From the NCBI GenBank assembly GCA_010909165.1, contig MU008175.1, forward strand, positions 983,370 to 1,047,369: DNA of 64,000 nt. Reading direction: 5' to 3'. Below the pieces are notes generated by a model. That model worked only from the letters and a program-made list of their open reading frames with translations. It was not told where the DNA came from and searched no databases. Below are positions 24,401 through 36,834 of the stretch, piece after piece. The position numbers were made by a program, and so were the translations under genes. Position 1 is the first letter of the stretch, and every line of letters starts with the position of its first letter. Origin of the DNA: Anthoceros angustus. Its lineage: Eukaryota > Plantae > Anthocerotophyta.

Positions 24401-27073
24401 ACACTGTACTTCCAGAGGCACTGGAGAAGTGGCAAGTGGAGCTTCTAGAAAAAGTTCTACCACGCCATCTGCAGGTACCAAAGTTCTGGCCAAGCTGGTT
24501 TGTGATCTTCTGTTAGGTGTGTGAGATCCTTTTGCTCCGTGAGTTTCTGCAGTGCAGATTGGCATAATAGAATTTCGCTGGTTGCTGTCCTGTTCATAGT
24601 ATTCTTTTCTGCTCAAGGGGCAACTTTTTCAGATCGCGTAATCAAATGGATGTCGTGGCTAGTTGTTATGGTACATTTGAGAAACTTGTCTTGTGCTTCG
24701 GTTGTGTACTGATATGTCCTGTTCTGTTTCCTTTAGATCATTTACGAGATCAATTTCCAGTTTCTTGAAGAGCTGAAGAAGAAAATTGGAAATGACTATG
24801 ACCGTTTGGCTAGAATGTCTATCATTGAGGAAGGAGAAAAAAAGGTTTGCACTGCATCTTACATGAAAGCTCTGTTACTGCACTTGTGAGTTTTTGATTA
24901 ATGCTTTCGAACTCTTCTAACCGATTGCCTATCATTCCTTGTGCTTATAGCAGACCGTCAGAATGGCAACACTGGGTCTGGTAGCATGTCACGCAGTTAA
25001 TGGTGTAGCTGAAATCCACTCTCAGCACCTCAAGCAGAACATCTTCAAGGCATGATACCTTCTGCTGCACAACAGTTTTGGAACTAATGCCCAAAGTTGC
25101 ATAGCCTCTACCAATTGCTCTTCCTCAGATAGTGCTCGATGAAGAATGCTCATATACTGCATGCTCTCTCCGTACAGGACTTTTTCGACATCTGGCCTCA
25201 AAAATTTCACAACAAGACGAACGGCGTCACTCAGGTTTGATCTTGCTGGGGCTTCTTTTCATTTGGGAAGCCAAGATTTGCGGATGTGGTGCACCGACGT
25301 TATCCCTTCTCCCTTGTGGGCTGCGCTTGGAAAAACCTGACATGGAATTCCATGATGTTCCAAATAGCGGCGATGGCTAGCGTTCTCCAACCCAGGATTA
25401 CGGGAGGTTATAACCAGGTGGCTGGGTACAGAGTCTTGGATTACCAATCTAGATTTGCTACTGGGGCTTAAGGAGCATGCGAATGATCCCCACTTACAAC
25501 AGGAGTGGTTCCAGGTACTGAAATTATGAGGGCGTGCGTCTCTGCTACTAGTCAGATCACATCTTGACACCGTCATTGTGTCAGGTTCGGCGCCATAACA
25601 AGAAGAGGCTGGCAAGATATATTGAAAAGCTAACGGGCGTGAAGGTACTTGGAGTGCACTACCGGGTCCATCTGCATGATATGATACTGTGACTAACCTC
25701 AGCTGTCCAATTCAGGTGAGCATCGATGCAATGTTCGACGTCCAGGCTAAGCGCATTCACGAGTACAAAAGGCAGCTTCTTAATGTGCTGAGCATCATCC
25801 ACCGCTATGACTGCATAAAGGTGAAGCCCGGCTCTACGTAACCAAGTCCTGCAATCTGTCCAAAGAACTTGGAAGTCTGAATCCAGGTCTGTTGTCATTG
25901 ATCCTTGCAAGTATTTTGTTGTAGAACTTGTCCCCTGAAGAGAGGAGACGTGTCGTCCCTCGCGTCAGCATTTTTGGTGGAAAAGCTGCTCCAGGTTATG
26001 AGGTCGCGAGGGTGATAGTCAAGTTAATACATGCAATTAGCAAAATTATCAACAGTGATCCAGACGTTGGGGATCTTCTGAAAGTGGTGAGTGCGATCCT
26101 TGCAGTTGTGTGAGATGGTTATAGTTCATTCTGTGTGATTCTTGCTGCTGTGTATTCACGGCTCCTTGTACACACAGGTGTTCATTCCGGATTACAACGT
26201 GTCGGTTGCAGAGCTAATCATACCTGCTAGTGATCTGTCTCAACACATAAGGTTAGTGCCGAATTGTTTGAAGGAAAGCTCTTTCTTACTCTCAATCTCC
26301 TTGGAACGATTTTCTGACATCCACTCACTGGCCCCCAGTCTGGCTGGCAATGAAGCGTCAGGAACGAGTATTATGAAATTCGCGATGAATGGCTGTATTA
26401 TCCTTGGTACAATGGATGGGGCAAACGTTGAGATTCGGGATGAGATAGGGGGGGAGAATATGGTAAACAAATTGCGAGTTTCTGCTGAGTCATTCCGGTA
26501 CAGGACCACATAGCAGACATATAAAGTTTCGCTGTGTTTTGCAGTTTATCTTCGGTGTAACAGCAGACCAAGTGCCTCAACTCCGAGAGGAACGACGGAA
26601 CTTTAATCCTCCTCTCGAGTTTCTCCGGGTTGTTGGGTAAGTGTCCCTGTGCAAGTACTTCAACTGTGACTCTTAGCGTCGTTTAACTTTTTCCTCGTAC
26701 GCAGAATGATCCGCAGTGGGGTGTTTGGGCATCAAGAATTATTTGGGCCATTGTGCGATACCTTGGATGGGCAAGGTGGAGATTTCTACCTCCTAGGAAA
26801 TGACTTTGCAAGCTACTTGGAGGCACAGGTACGGAACTTTTGGTGTCTCCGCTACTTCCCTTTGATGACCGTCAGCAGGCATGTGCTTCTAAAAGTTCTT
26901 AAACGACGCGTCGTTGGCAGGCTGCTGTTGACAAAGCTTTCGTCGATCGCGCTCGCTGGTTGAAAATGAGTATCTTGAGCACCGCGTCTTCGGGAAAGTT
27001 CAGCAGCGACCGAACGATACGGGAGTTTGCGGAGGACATATGGGGTGTTAAACCATTAAAGCGTCCGATATAG
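21490..27073 (+). CDS. Alpha-glucan (starch/glycogen) phosphorylase, GT35, with N-terminal transit-like peptide and ACT domain
   Basis: ACT-like segment [42 protein letters not shown]. Phosphorylase motifs [78 protein letters not shown] and [15 protein letters not shown]. Confidence 0.95.
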
Positions 27074-27354
27074 ATGCTGTGGTACCATGAAGAATCTGAT
27101 CCATTGAAGCCTATGAGTGTCCGGTTAATTTCGGACGTTAAAGGTAATAGGGAGTAGCTAGTACCTTTTACTGTATATTCATTTAGGCTTTATTTATTGG
27201 TGGGATACTTAAGTATTTCTGTTTTAGATGCAACTCTGCGTTACCGCGAGGAAGGAACATTTATTTAGGTTTTAGACGCAAGTCTTCTTGCCTCAAGAAA
27301 AGAATTGACCTATTCCCTGGTGTACACACTTGAGCCCTGGCAAGTTCTCCCATC

Positions 27355-30300
27355 TCATGGTCGACCCTTACAACTGCAAGAACCAGCTGCAAATCGATGC
27401 ACACGGTAGCCATCACTTACAACAATCTCTCTCTTCTCAAGCCTTGACATGATCTCCGTGGAACTATGGCAGTCACTGCACATGCGTAGATTCTTTGTTA
27501 CCAGCAGAGGTGTGCCACTCGGCGTGTTCAAGAGGCCAAATGCCAGAGCTAGCTTCTCAGCGTGCCCACAAAGTGCAGCTTCCTTTTCCTTCTCACACAT
27601 TGTCTTAAACACCAACTTTGTGTGCGGTACGTGGCCTCCTTCCTCCTTCAGTCGCAGATTTGTACTCTCTACCTGAAGTGCAATATCCTCTCTCCTTTCT
27701 CCCACCAGAAATCGATGTACCTGCTTATTCACCTCTATGCTCGCCACTGCAGGTTTCTTGTTAGCGCCTGCTACCACTCTCTGTGTTTCAAGCCTGCCTA
27801 CATCGGTCCACCTACCGGCCTCAGCGTAGGCGTTGGCCATTAGCACATATGCGGGCGCATCCTGGGGGTCCAGCCTAACAATGCTTTCGAAACACCACAC
27901 CGCCCTCTCTATGTCACCATGACTTTTGCAGGCATTCAACAAAGACCTCAACCCCACAACATTACTTTGGCCCTCACAGGACAAAAGCATCTTCTCTGCC
28001 TCATTTAAATGGCCCGCACGCCCAAGAAGATCAATCATGCAAGTGTAATGCTCAATAGTTGGTTTGATGCCATGCTGTTCAGTCATGGAATCAAAGTGCT
28101 TGCGGCCCTCGTCAACCAGTCCCTCATGACTACATGCTACTAGAAGGCAAGTAAAAGTCGCACTATCAGGCTGAATACCAGCAACTAACATCTCCTCAAA
28201 ACAAGCTAGAGCTCTGTGACCATCATCACAAGTACCATATCCAGATATTAGGGCATTCCATGTCACCACATCCTTTGCGGCCAAGCTTTCAAACACCCGC
28301 CGTGCATCTTTAAGTTCACCACATTTTGCATACATGTCCACCAGGCAGGTGCCCACCAGTATGTCATCCAGCAGTCCTCTTTCGACAATCTGTGAGTGCA
28401 GCTGCCTGCCCTTCTGTAAGGCACCAGTGCTTGCACAGGCCTTCAGAAGGCAAGCAAAAGTAACATGGTTAGCCAAAATCAGGCCCTCCTGCTCCATTTG
28501 TCCATACACAACAAGTGCCTCTTGTCCGAGCCCTTGCTGTGCATACCCAGCTATCAGGGCATTCCATGTCACCACATCCTTCGTGGCCAAGCTGTCAAAA
28601 ACCTGGCGTGCATCTTTAAGTTCACCACATTTTGCGTACATGTCCACCAGGCAGGTGCCCACCAGTATGTCATCCAGCAGTCCTCTTTCGACAATCTGTG
28701 AGTGCAGCTGCCTGCCCTTCTGTAAGGCACCAGTGCTTGCACAGGCCTTCAGAAGGCAAAAGTAACATGGTTAGCCAAAATCAGGCCCTCCTGCTCCATT
28801 TGTCCATACACAACAAGTGCCTCATGTCCCAGCCCTTGCTGGGCATACCCAGCAATCAGCACCGTCCATGTCACCACATCCTTTGTGGCCAAGCTTTCAA
28901 AAACCTGGCGTGCATCTTCCAGTTCACCACATTTTGCATACATGTCCACCAGGCAGGTGCCCACCAGTATGTCATCCAGCAGTCCTCTTTCCACAATCTG
29001 TGAGTGCAGCTGCCTGCCCTTCTGTAAGGCACCAGTGCTTGCACAGGCCTTCAGAAGGCAAGCAAAAGTAACATGGTTACCCAAAGTCAGGCCCTCCAGC
29101 TCCATTTGTCCATACACAACAAGCGCCTCATGTCCCAGTCCTTGCTGTGCATACCCAGCAATCAGCGCCGTCCATGTCACCACATCCTTCCTGGCCAAGC
29201 TTTCAAAAACTTGGCGTGCATCTTGCAGTTCCCCACATTTTGCATACATGTCCACCAGGCAGTTGCCCACCAGTATATCATCCACCAGTCCTCTTTCCAC
29301 AATCTGCGAATGCAGCTGCCTGCCCTTCTGTAAGGCACCAGTGCTTGCACAGGCCTTCAGAAGGCAAGCAAAAGTAACATGGTCAGCCATAATCAGGCCC
29401 TCCTGTTCCATTTGTCCGTACAGATTAAGCGCCTCCGGGCCAACTCCTTGCTGCGTATACCCAGATATCAGAGCATTCCAGGTCACCACATCCTTTGTGC
29501 CCATGCTGTCAAAAACCTTCCGTGCATTGTGCAGTTCACCACATTTTGCGTACATGTCCACCAGGCAGGTGCTAACAAACAGGTCAACACGAATGCCACT
29601 GTGCAATACATCATAGTGCACTTTTCTCCCAGATTCCAAGTCGGAGGCCAATGCACAAGCTTGTAGGGCAGCTATGAAGACGTGAGCATCCGCCTTCACT
29701 CCTGACATCCGCATCTCATGGTACAGTTGTATGGCCTCGTTTGGTTTCCCATGTTTAGCATGTGCAGAGATGATGGAAGACCACATGAAAACATCTGGTT
29801 TGCCTACCCTGGTGAACACATCCATGGCCTCCTGTAGCCTACCCCCACATGCATACATACGCAAAATATGGTTGCCCAAAAATGCATTCGACTCGTACCC
29901 AAGTTTAACAGTGAGATCATGAACTCGTCGCCCCACAACCACATCCTTCTTCGCTGTACACAGTTTCAGCACAGTGTAGAACAGAGACAGAGAAATGGCA
30001 GAGTCTGTCTGCGCCAGACATTCCAGGGCTCCAACGGCCTCAGAAAGCTTCCCCTGCTGACTTAACATGCTCACGGTTCCAGCCGTCACGACGCCCATTT
30101 CGGATCCTGCACGGCTGCCACGTTCAGGCTGATCCTGAAAGCTCGACTTGGAAGGAGAGGCACCATGACCCATCTGCATATCCAAAAAAACGAGCTGCTC
30201 ATCAACCCAAGCTGGCTTAACATGCTGTTTAACCACAGGACCTCGCCGGACCCCTTACGCCGGAAGTCAGGCGGGAGCTCTTCTTATCTCGTCTGTTGTC

Positions 30301-30526
30301 CCACCACATGGTAGGGAAAAAATTGTTGCCACAAGTGCTCCTGCTCCTGGCGACGACCATCGCTGGAAAATCCGTCCCCACCACATTTTCTCGGAAGTGG
30401 AAGTGCTGGGCTTCCACTGCTGCACCTGGAGGCTTGGTTTTGCCAGGGTTGACTCCTAGATGAGGTGAGCAGGAGCTCCAATCCTGTACACACACCAATT
30501 TGTTGGGTCCACGGTCCGGTGGCCAT
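27355..30526 (-). CDS. PLS-class PPR RNA-editing factor, ~20 PPR motifs-E1-E2-DYW:KP ending GRP (copy A); frameshifted as assembled
   Basis: ORFs 28749-30236 and 27355-28662 are separated by a 4-bp deletion near 28757, and the leader carries further small indels. The C-terminus has NKKPAVASIEV, CGHAEKLALAFGL, KNLRMCSDCH and HRFAAGSCSCKGRP*. Confidence 0.92.
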
Positions 30527-30921
30527 CGTTCAGGGACCGCTGTTGGAAAGTCTAACAGGAGATTGCAGATGTTGAGTACAAGCTGAGGAAGTGCAGACGG
30601 ATGGCAAAAGGCGTTATGGTTAAGGAATTTTGAAAACAAAGTCCTATCATAACTTGTTTGGCTAAATCACTGTGTTTGGGCTCTCCTCCAGATTATATCA
30701 GTCCAAACATGCCAATCATTTCGTTCCAAACAGAGAGAAACGATCACCTATCCAATGAAATGAAATTCATTTGATTCCGATTAGGTCTCTCTGTTACAAG
30801 AGGTGATCTCATGATTGGCATCCATGTCCAGTTTGGGCAGGGATGGAAGCAAGCCACACGCTCCAAATTGCACACCCAAGAAAAATTTTCTCTGGCGTAT
30901 ACATTTGATTCTTCACTGATC

Positions 30922-32149
30922 TCACGGTCGACCCTTACAACACAACCAGCTGCGAATCGATGCACACGGTACCCATCCCTTACAACAATGTCTCTGTTCA
31001 AGCCTTGACATGATCTCCGTGGAACTGTGGCAGTCACTGCACATGCGTAGATTCTTCGTTACCACCAGAGGTGTCCCACTCAGGTGTTCAAGAGACCAAA
31101 CGAGCTAGCTTCTCAGCATGCCCACAAAGCGCATCTTCCTTTTCCTTCTCACACAGTGGCTTCAACACCAACTTTGTGTGAGGTACGTGGCCTCCTTCCT
31201 GCTTCAGACGTGCATTCGTGCTCTCTACCTTAAGCGCAATATCCTCTCTTTCTCCCACCCAAATCTATGTACCTGCTTCTTCACCTCAATGGTCGCCACT
31301 GCAGGTTTCTTGTTAGCTCCTGCTACCATTCTCTGTGTTTCAATCCTGTCTACATCCACCTACCTGCATCTGCATAGGCATTGGCCATGAGCACATATGC
31401 AGACGCCCCTGAGGTCCAGCCTAACAATGCTTTCAAAACACCACATCGCCCTCTCTATATCCCCGTGACTTTTGCAGGCATTCAACAAAGACGTCAAGCC
31501 CACAACATTACTTTGGCTCACATGATAATAGCATCTTCTCTGCCTCATCTAAATGGCCTGCACGCCCAAGAAGATCAATCATGCAATTGTAATGCTCAAT
31601 AGTAGGTTTGATGCCATGCTGTTCAGCCATGGAATCAAAGTGCTTGCGACCCTCATGGACCAGTCCCTCATGACTGCATGCTACTAGAAGGCAAGTAAAA
31701 GCATCAGGCTGATCCTGAAAGCTCGACTTGGAAGGAGAGGCACCATGACCCATCTGCATATCCAAAAAAACGAGCTGCTCATCAACCCAAGCTGGTTTGA
31801 GTATGCTGTTTAACCACAGGACCTCGCCGGACTCCTTACGCTGGAAGTCAGGCGAACGGGAGCCCTTCTTATCTCGTCTGTTATCCCACCACAGGGTAGG
31901 GTCCAGAAAAAATTGTTGCCACAAGTGCTCCTGCTCCTGGCGACGACCATCGCTGGAAAATCCGTCCCCATCCACATGTTTTCTCGGAAGTGGAAGTGCT
32001 GGGCTGCTTCCACTGCTGCACCTGGGGGCTTGGTTGGTTGCCAGGGTTCGACTCCCTGCCGTGAGGTGAGCGGGAGCTCCACTGAGAATCCCTGTACACA
32101 CACCAATTTGTTGGGCGCACAACGGGTCTGGTTGCCATACTGTGGACAT
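30922..32149 (-). pseudogene. PPR-DYW:KP copy B: leader fused directly to L2-S2-E1-E2-DYW, whole PLS array deleted
   Basis: The ORF reads ...SKSSFQDQPD|AFTCLLVACSHEGLVH..., then frameshifts at LLSCEPK*. The DYW remnant carries small indels. Confidence 0.85.
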
Positions 32150-32612
32150 TTTGCAGGGACCGCTGTTGGACGATAAGTCTAACAGGAGATTGTTCCAGAT
32201 GTTGAGTACAAACACATTCTGGAGGGAAGTGCAGACGGTTTTTTATTGGCAAAAAGGCGTTATGGTTAAGGAATTTTGAAAACAAAGTCCTATCATAACT
32301 TGTTTGGCTAAATCACTGTGTTTGGGCTCTCCTCCCATGATTATATCAGTCCAAACATGCGCCAATCATTTCGTTCCAAACAGAGAGAAACGATCACCTA
32401 TCCAATGAAATGAAATTCATTTGATTCCGATTAGGTCTCTCTGTTACAAGAGGTGTATCTCAGGGCCCTGATTGGCCATCCAACACAATGTCGCAGTTTG
32501 GGCAGGGATGGAATTAGGCAAGCGTACAAGACGCTTTCCCTCAGAAATATTAAAGCCACACCCAAGAAAAAAGAAATTTTCTCTGGCGTATACATTTGAT
32601 TCTTCACTGATC

Positions 32613-35600
32613 TCACGGTCGACCCTTACAACTGCAAGAGCCAGCTGCGAATCGATGCACACGGTAACCATCCCTTACAACAATGTCTCTCCGTTCAAGC
32701 CTTGACATGATCTCCGTGGAACTGTGGCAATCTCCGCACATCCGTAGATTCTTAGTTACCACCAGAGGTGTCCCACTCGGAGTGTTCAAGAGACCAAATG
32801 CCAGAGCTAGCTTCTCAGCATGCCCACAAAGCGCATCTTCCTTTTCCTTCTCACACAGTTGCTTCAACACCAACTTTGTGTTAGGTATGTGGCCTCCTTC
32901 CTGCTTCAGACGTGCATTTGTGCTCTCTACCTGAAGCGCAATGTCCTCTCTTCTTTCTCCAACCTCGAATGTATGTACCTGCTTCTTCACCTCAATGCTT
33001 GCCACTGCAGGTTTCTTGTTGGCGCCTGCTAACAATCTCTGTGTTTCAATCCTGTCTACATCGTTCCACCTACCTGCATCTGCATAGGCGTTGGCCATGA
33101 GCACATATGCAGACGCCCCCTGAGGATCCAGTCCAACAAGGCTTTCAAAACAGCGCGTCGCCCTTTCTACATCCCCGTGATTTTTGCAGGCATTCAGCAG
33201 AGATGTCAGCCCCACAACGTTACTTTGGCTCACATGATAATAGCATCTTCTCTGCCTCATCTAGATGACCTGCACGCCCAAGGAGATCAATCATGCAATT
33301 GTAATGCTCAATAGTTGGTTTGATGCCATACTGTTCAGCCATGGAATCAAAGTGCTTGCGACCCTCATGGACCAGTCCCTCATGACTGCATGCTACTAGA
33401 AGGCAAGTAAAAGTAGCATCATCAGGCTGAATACCGGCACCTACCATCTCCTCAAAACAAGCTAGTGCTGTATGACCATCATTACAAGCTCCATACCCAG
33501 ATATTAGGGCATTCCATGCCACCACATCCTTTGTATTCATGCTGTCAAAAACCTGGCGTGCATCTTCCAGTTCACCACATTTTGCATACATGTCCACCAG
33601 GCAGGTGCCCACCAGTTATCCAGCAGTCCTCTTTCACAATCTGTGAGTGCAGCTGCCTGCCCTTCTGTAAGGCACCAGTGCTTGCACAGGCCTTCAGAAG
33701 GCAAGCAAAAGTAACATTATTAGCCAAAATCAGGCCCTCCTGCTCCATTTGTCCATACACAACAAGCGCCTCTTGGCCAAGTCCTTGCTGTGCATACCCA
33801 GCAATCAGGGCATTCCATGTCACCACATCCTTTGTGCTGTCAAAAACCTGGCGTGCATCTTCCAGTTCACCACATTTTGCATACATGTCCACCAGGCAGG
33901 TGCCCACCAGTATGTCATCCAGCAGTCCTCTTTCACAATCTGAGTGCAGCTGCCTGCCCTTGTAAGGCACCAGTGCTTGCACAGGCCTTCAGAAGGCAAG
34001 CAAAAGTAACATGGTTAGCCAAAATCAGGCCCTCCTGCTCCATTTGTCCATACAACAAGCGCCTCTTGGCCAAGTCCTTGCTGCATACCCAGCAATCAGG
34101 GCATTCCATGTCACCACATCCTTTGGCCAAGCTGTCAAAAACCTGGCGTGCATCTTCCAGTTCACCACATTTTGCATACATGTCCACCAGGCAGTTGCCC
34201 ACCAGTATATCATCCAGTCCTCTTTCACAATCTGAGTGCAGCTGCCTGCCCTTCTGTAAGGCACCAGTGCTTACAGGCCTTCAGAAGGCAAGCAAAAGTA
34301 ACATGGTCAGCCAAAATCAGGCCCTCCTGCTCCATTTGTCCATACAGAACAAGCGCCTCTTGGCCGACTCCTTGCTGCATACCCAGATATCAGGGCATTC
34401 CATGTCACCACATCCTTTGTGGCCATGCTGTCAAAAACCTGGCGTGCATCTTCAGTTCACCACATTTTGCATACATATCCACCAGGCAGGTGCCAACAAA
34501 CAAGTCAGAGGAATGCCACTGTGCAACACATCACAGTGCACTTTTCTGCCAGATTCCAAGTCGGCCAATGCACAAGCTTGAAGGGCAGCTACAAAGACGT
34601 GAGCATCCGCCTTCACTCCTGACCTACGCATCTCATGGTACAGTTGTATGGCCTCATTAGGTTTCCCATGCTTAGCATGCAGAGATGATGGAAGACCACA
34701 TGAAGGCATCTGGTTTGCCACCCTGGTGAACACATCCATGGCCTCCTGTACCTCCACATCCCCGTGATTTTTGCAGGCATTCAGCAGAGATGTCAGCCCC
34801 ACAACGTTACTTTGGCTCCCACATGATAATAGCATGTTTTCTGCCTCATCTAGATGACCTGCACGCCCAAGGAGATCAATCATGCAATTGTAATGCTCAA
34901 TAGTTGGTTTGATGCCATACTGTCCAGCTATGGAATCAAAGTGCTTGCGACCCTCATGGACCAGTCCCTTATGACTGCATGCTACTAGAATGCAAGTAAA
35001 AGTCGTATCATTAGGCTGAATACCGGCAACTAACATCTCCTCAAAACAAGCTAGTGCTCAGTGACCTTCATCACAAGTGCCATATCCAGATATCAGAGCA
35101 TTCCATGTCACCACATTCTTTGTGGCCATGCTGTCAAAAACCAGGCGTGCATCATCTGATTCACCACATTTTGCATACATGTCCACCAGGCAGGTGCCCA
35201 CCAGTTATCCAGCAGTCCTCTTTCACAATCTGTGAGTGCAGCTGCCTGCCTGCCCTTCTGTAAGGCACCAGTGCTTGCACAGGCCTTCAGAAGGCAAGCA
35301 AAAGTAACATCGTCAGCCAAAATCAGGCCCTCCTGCTCCATTTGTCCATACAACAAGCGCCTCTTGGCCAAGTCCTTGCTGTGCATACCCAGCAATCAGG
35401 GCTCCATGTCACCACATCCTTTGTGGCCAAGCTGTCAAAAACCTGGCGTGCATCTTCCAGTTCACCACATTTTGCATACATGTCCACCAGGCAGTGCCCA
35501 GTATGTCATCCAGCAGTCCTCTTTCCACAATCTGTGAGTGCAGCTGCCTGCCCTTCTGTAAGGCACCAGTGCTTGCACAGGCCTTCAGAAGGCAAGCAAA

Positions 35601-36830
35601 AGTAACATGGTTAGCCAAAATCAGGCCCTCCTGCTCCATTTGTCCATACACAACAAGCCTCTTGTCCAAGTCCTTGCTGCATACCCAGCAATCAGGGCAT
35701 TCCATGTCACCACATCCTTTGGCCATGCTGTCAAAAACCTGGCGTGCAGTTCACCACATTTTGCATACATGTCCACCAGGCAGTTGCCCACCAGTATATC
35801 AGCAGTCCTCTTTCCACAATCTGTGAGTGCAGCTGCCTGCCCTTCTGTAAGGCACCAGTGCTTGCACAGGCCTTCAGAAGGCAAGCAAAAGTATGGTCAG
35901 CCAAAATCAGGCCCTCCTGCTCCATTTGTCCATACACAAGCGCCTCTTGGCCGAGTCCTTGCTGTGCATACCCAGCAATCAGGGCATTCCATGTCACCAC
36001 ATCCTTTGTGCCATGCTGTCAAAAACCTGGCGTGCATCTTTCAGTTCACCACATTTTGCATACATGTCGACCAGGCAGGTGCCAACAAACAAGTTAGAGG
36101 AATGCCACTGTGCAACACATCACAGTGCACTTTTCTGCCAGATTCCAAGTCGGCGGCAAATGCACAAGCTTGAAGGGCAGCTACAAAGACGTGAGCATCC
36201 GCCTTCACTGACCTACGCATCTCATGGTACAGTTGTATGGCCTCATTAGGTTTCCCATGCTTAGCATGTGCGAGATTATGGAAGACCACATGAAGGCATC
36301 TGGTTTGCCACCCTGGTGAACACATCCATGGCCTCCTAGCCTACCTCCACATGCATACATGCGCAAGATATGGTTCCCCAAGTATGCATTCGACTCGTAC
36401 CCAAGTTTGACAGTGAGATCATGAACTCGTCGCCCCACCAAATCCTTCTTAGCTGTACACAGTTTTAGCACAGTAAAACAGAGACTGAAATAGCAGAGTC
36501 TGTCTGCGCCAGAGATTCCAGGGCTCCAACGGCCTCAAGCTTCCCTGCTGACATAACATGCTCACGGTTCCAGCCGTTACGACGCCCATTTCCGATCCTG
36601 CACGCCTGCCAGGTTCAGGCTTATCCGGAGAGCTCGACTTGGAAGGAGGCACCATGACCCATCTGCATATCCAAGGAAACGAGCTGCTCATCAACCCAAG
36701 CTGGCTTAAACATGCTGTTTAACCACAGACCTCGCCGGACCCCTTACGCCGGAAGTCAGGCGAACGGGAGCTCTTCTTATCTCGTCTGTTGTCCCACCAC
36801 ATGGTAGGGTCCAGAAAAATTGTTGCCACA
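32613..36830 (-). pseudogene. PPR-DYW:KP copy C: internally duplicated, indel-rich PLS arrays with an intact E1-E2-DYW(GRP) ORF at 32613-33260
   Basis: Repeated ~303-bp P1-L1-S1 units. A junction near 34756 joins E1 back to the first S1. The terminal ORF has HAEKLA, CGDCH and GSCSCKGRP*. Confidence 0.85.
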
Positions 36831-36834
36831 AGTG

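Noticed and set aside
32040-32062. GGTTCGACTCC tRNA T-loop/B-box-like word
   Set aside because: No cloverleaf forms, and paralogous leaders lack the motif, so it is a chance match.
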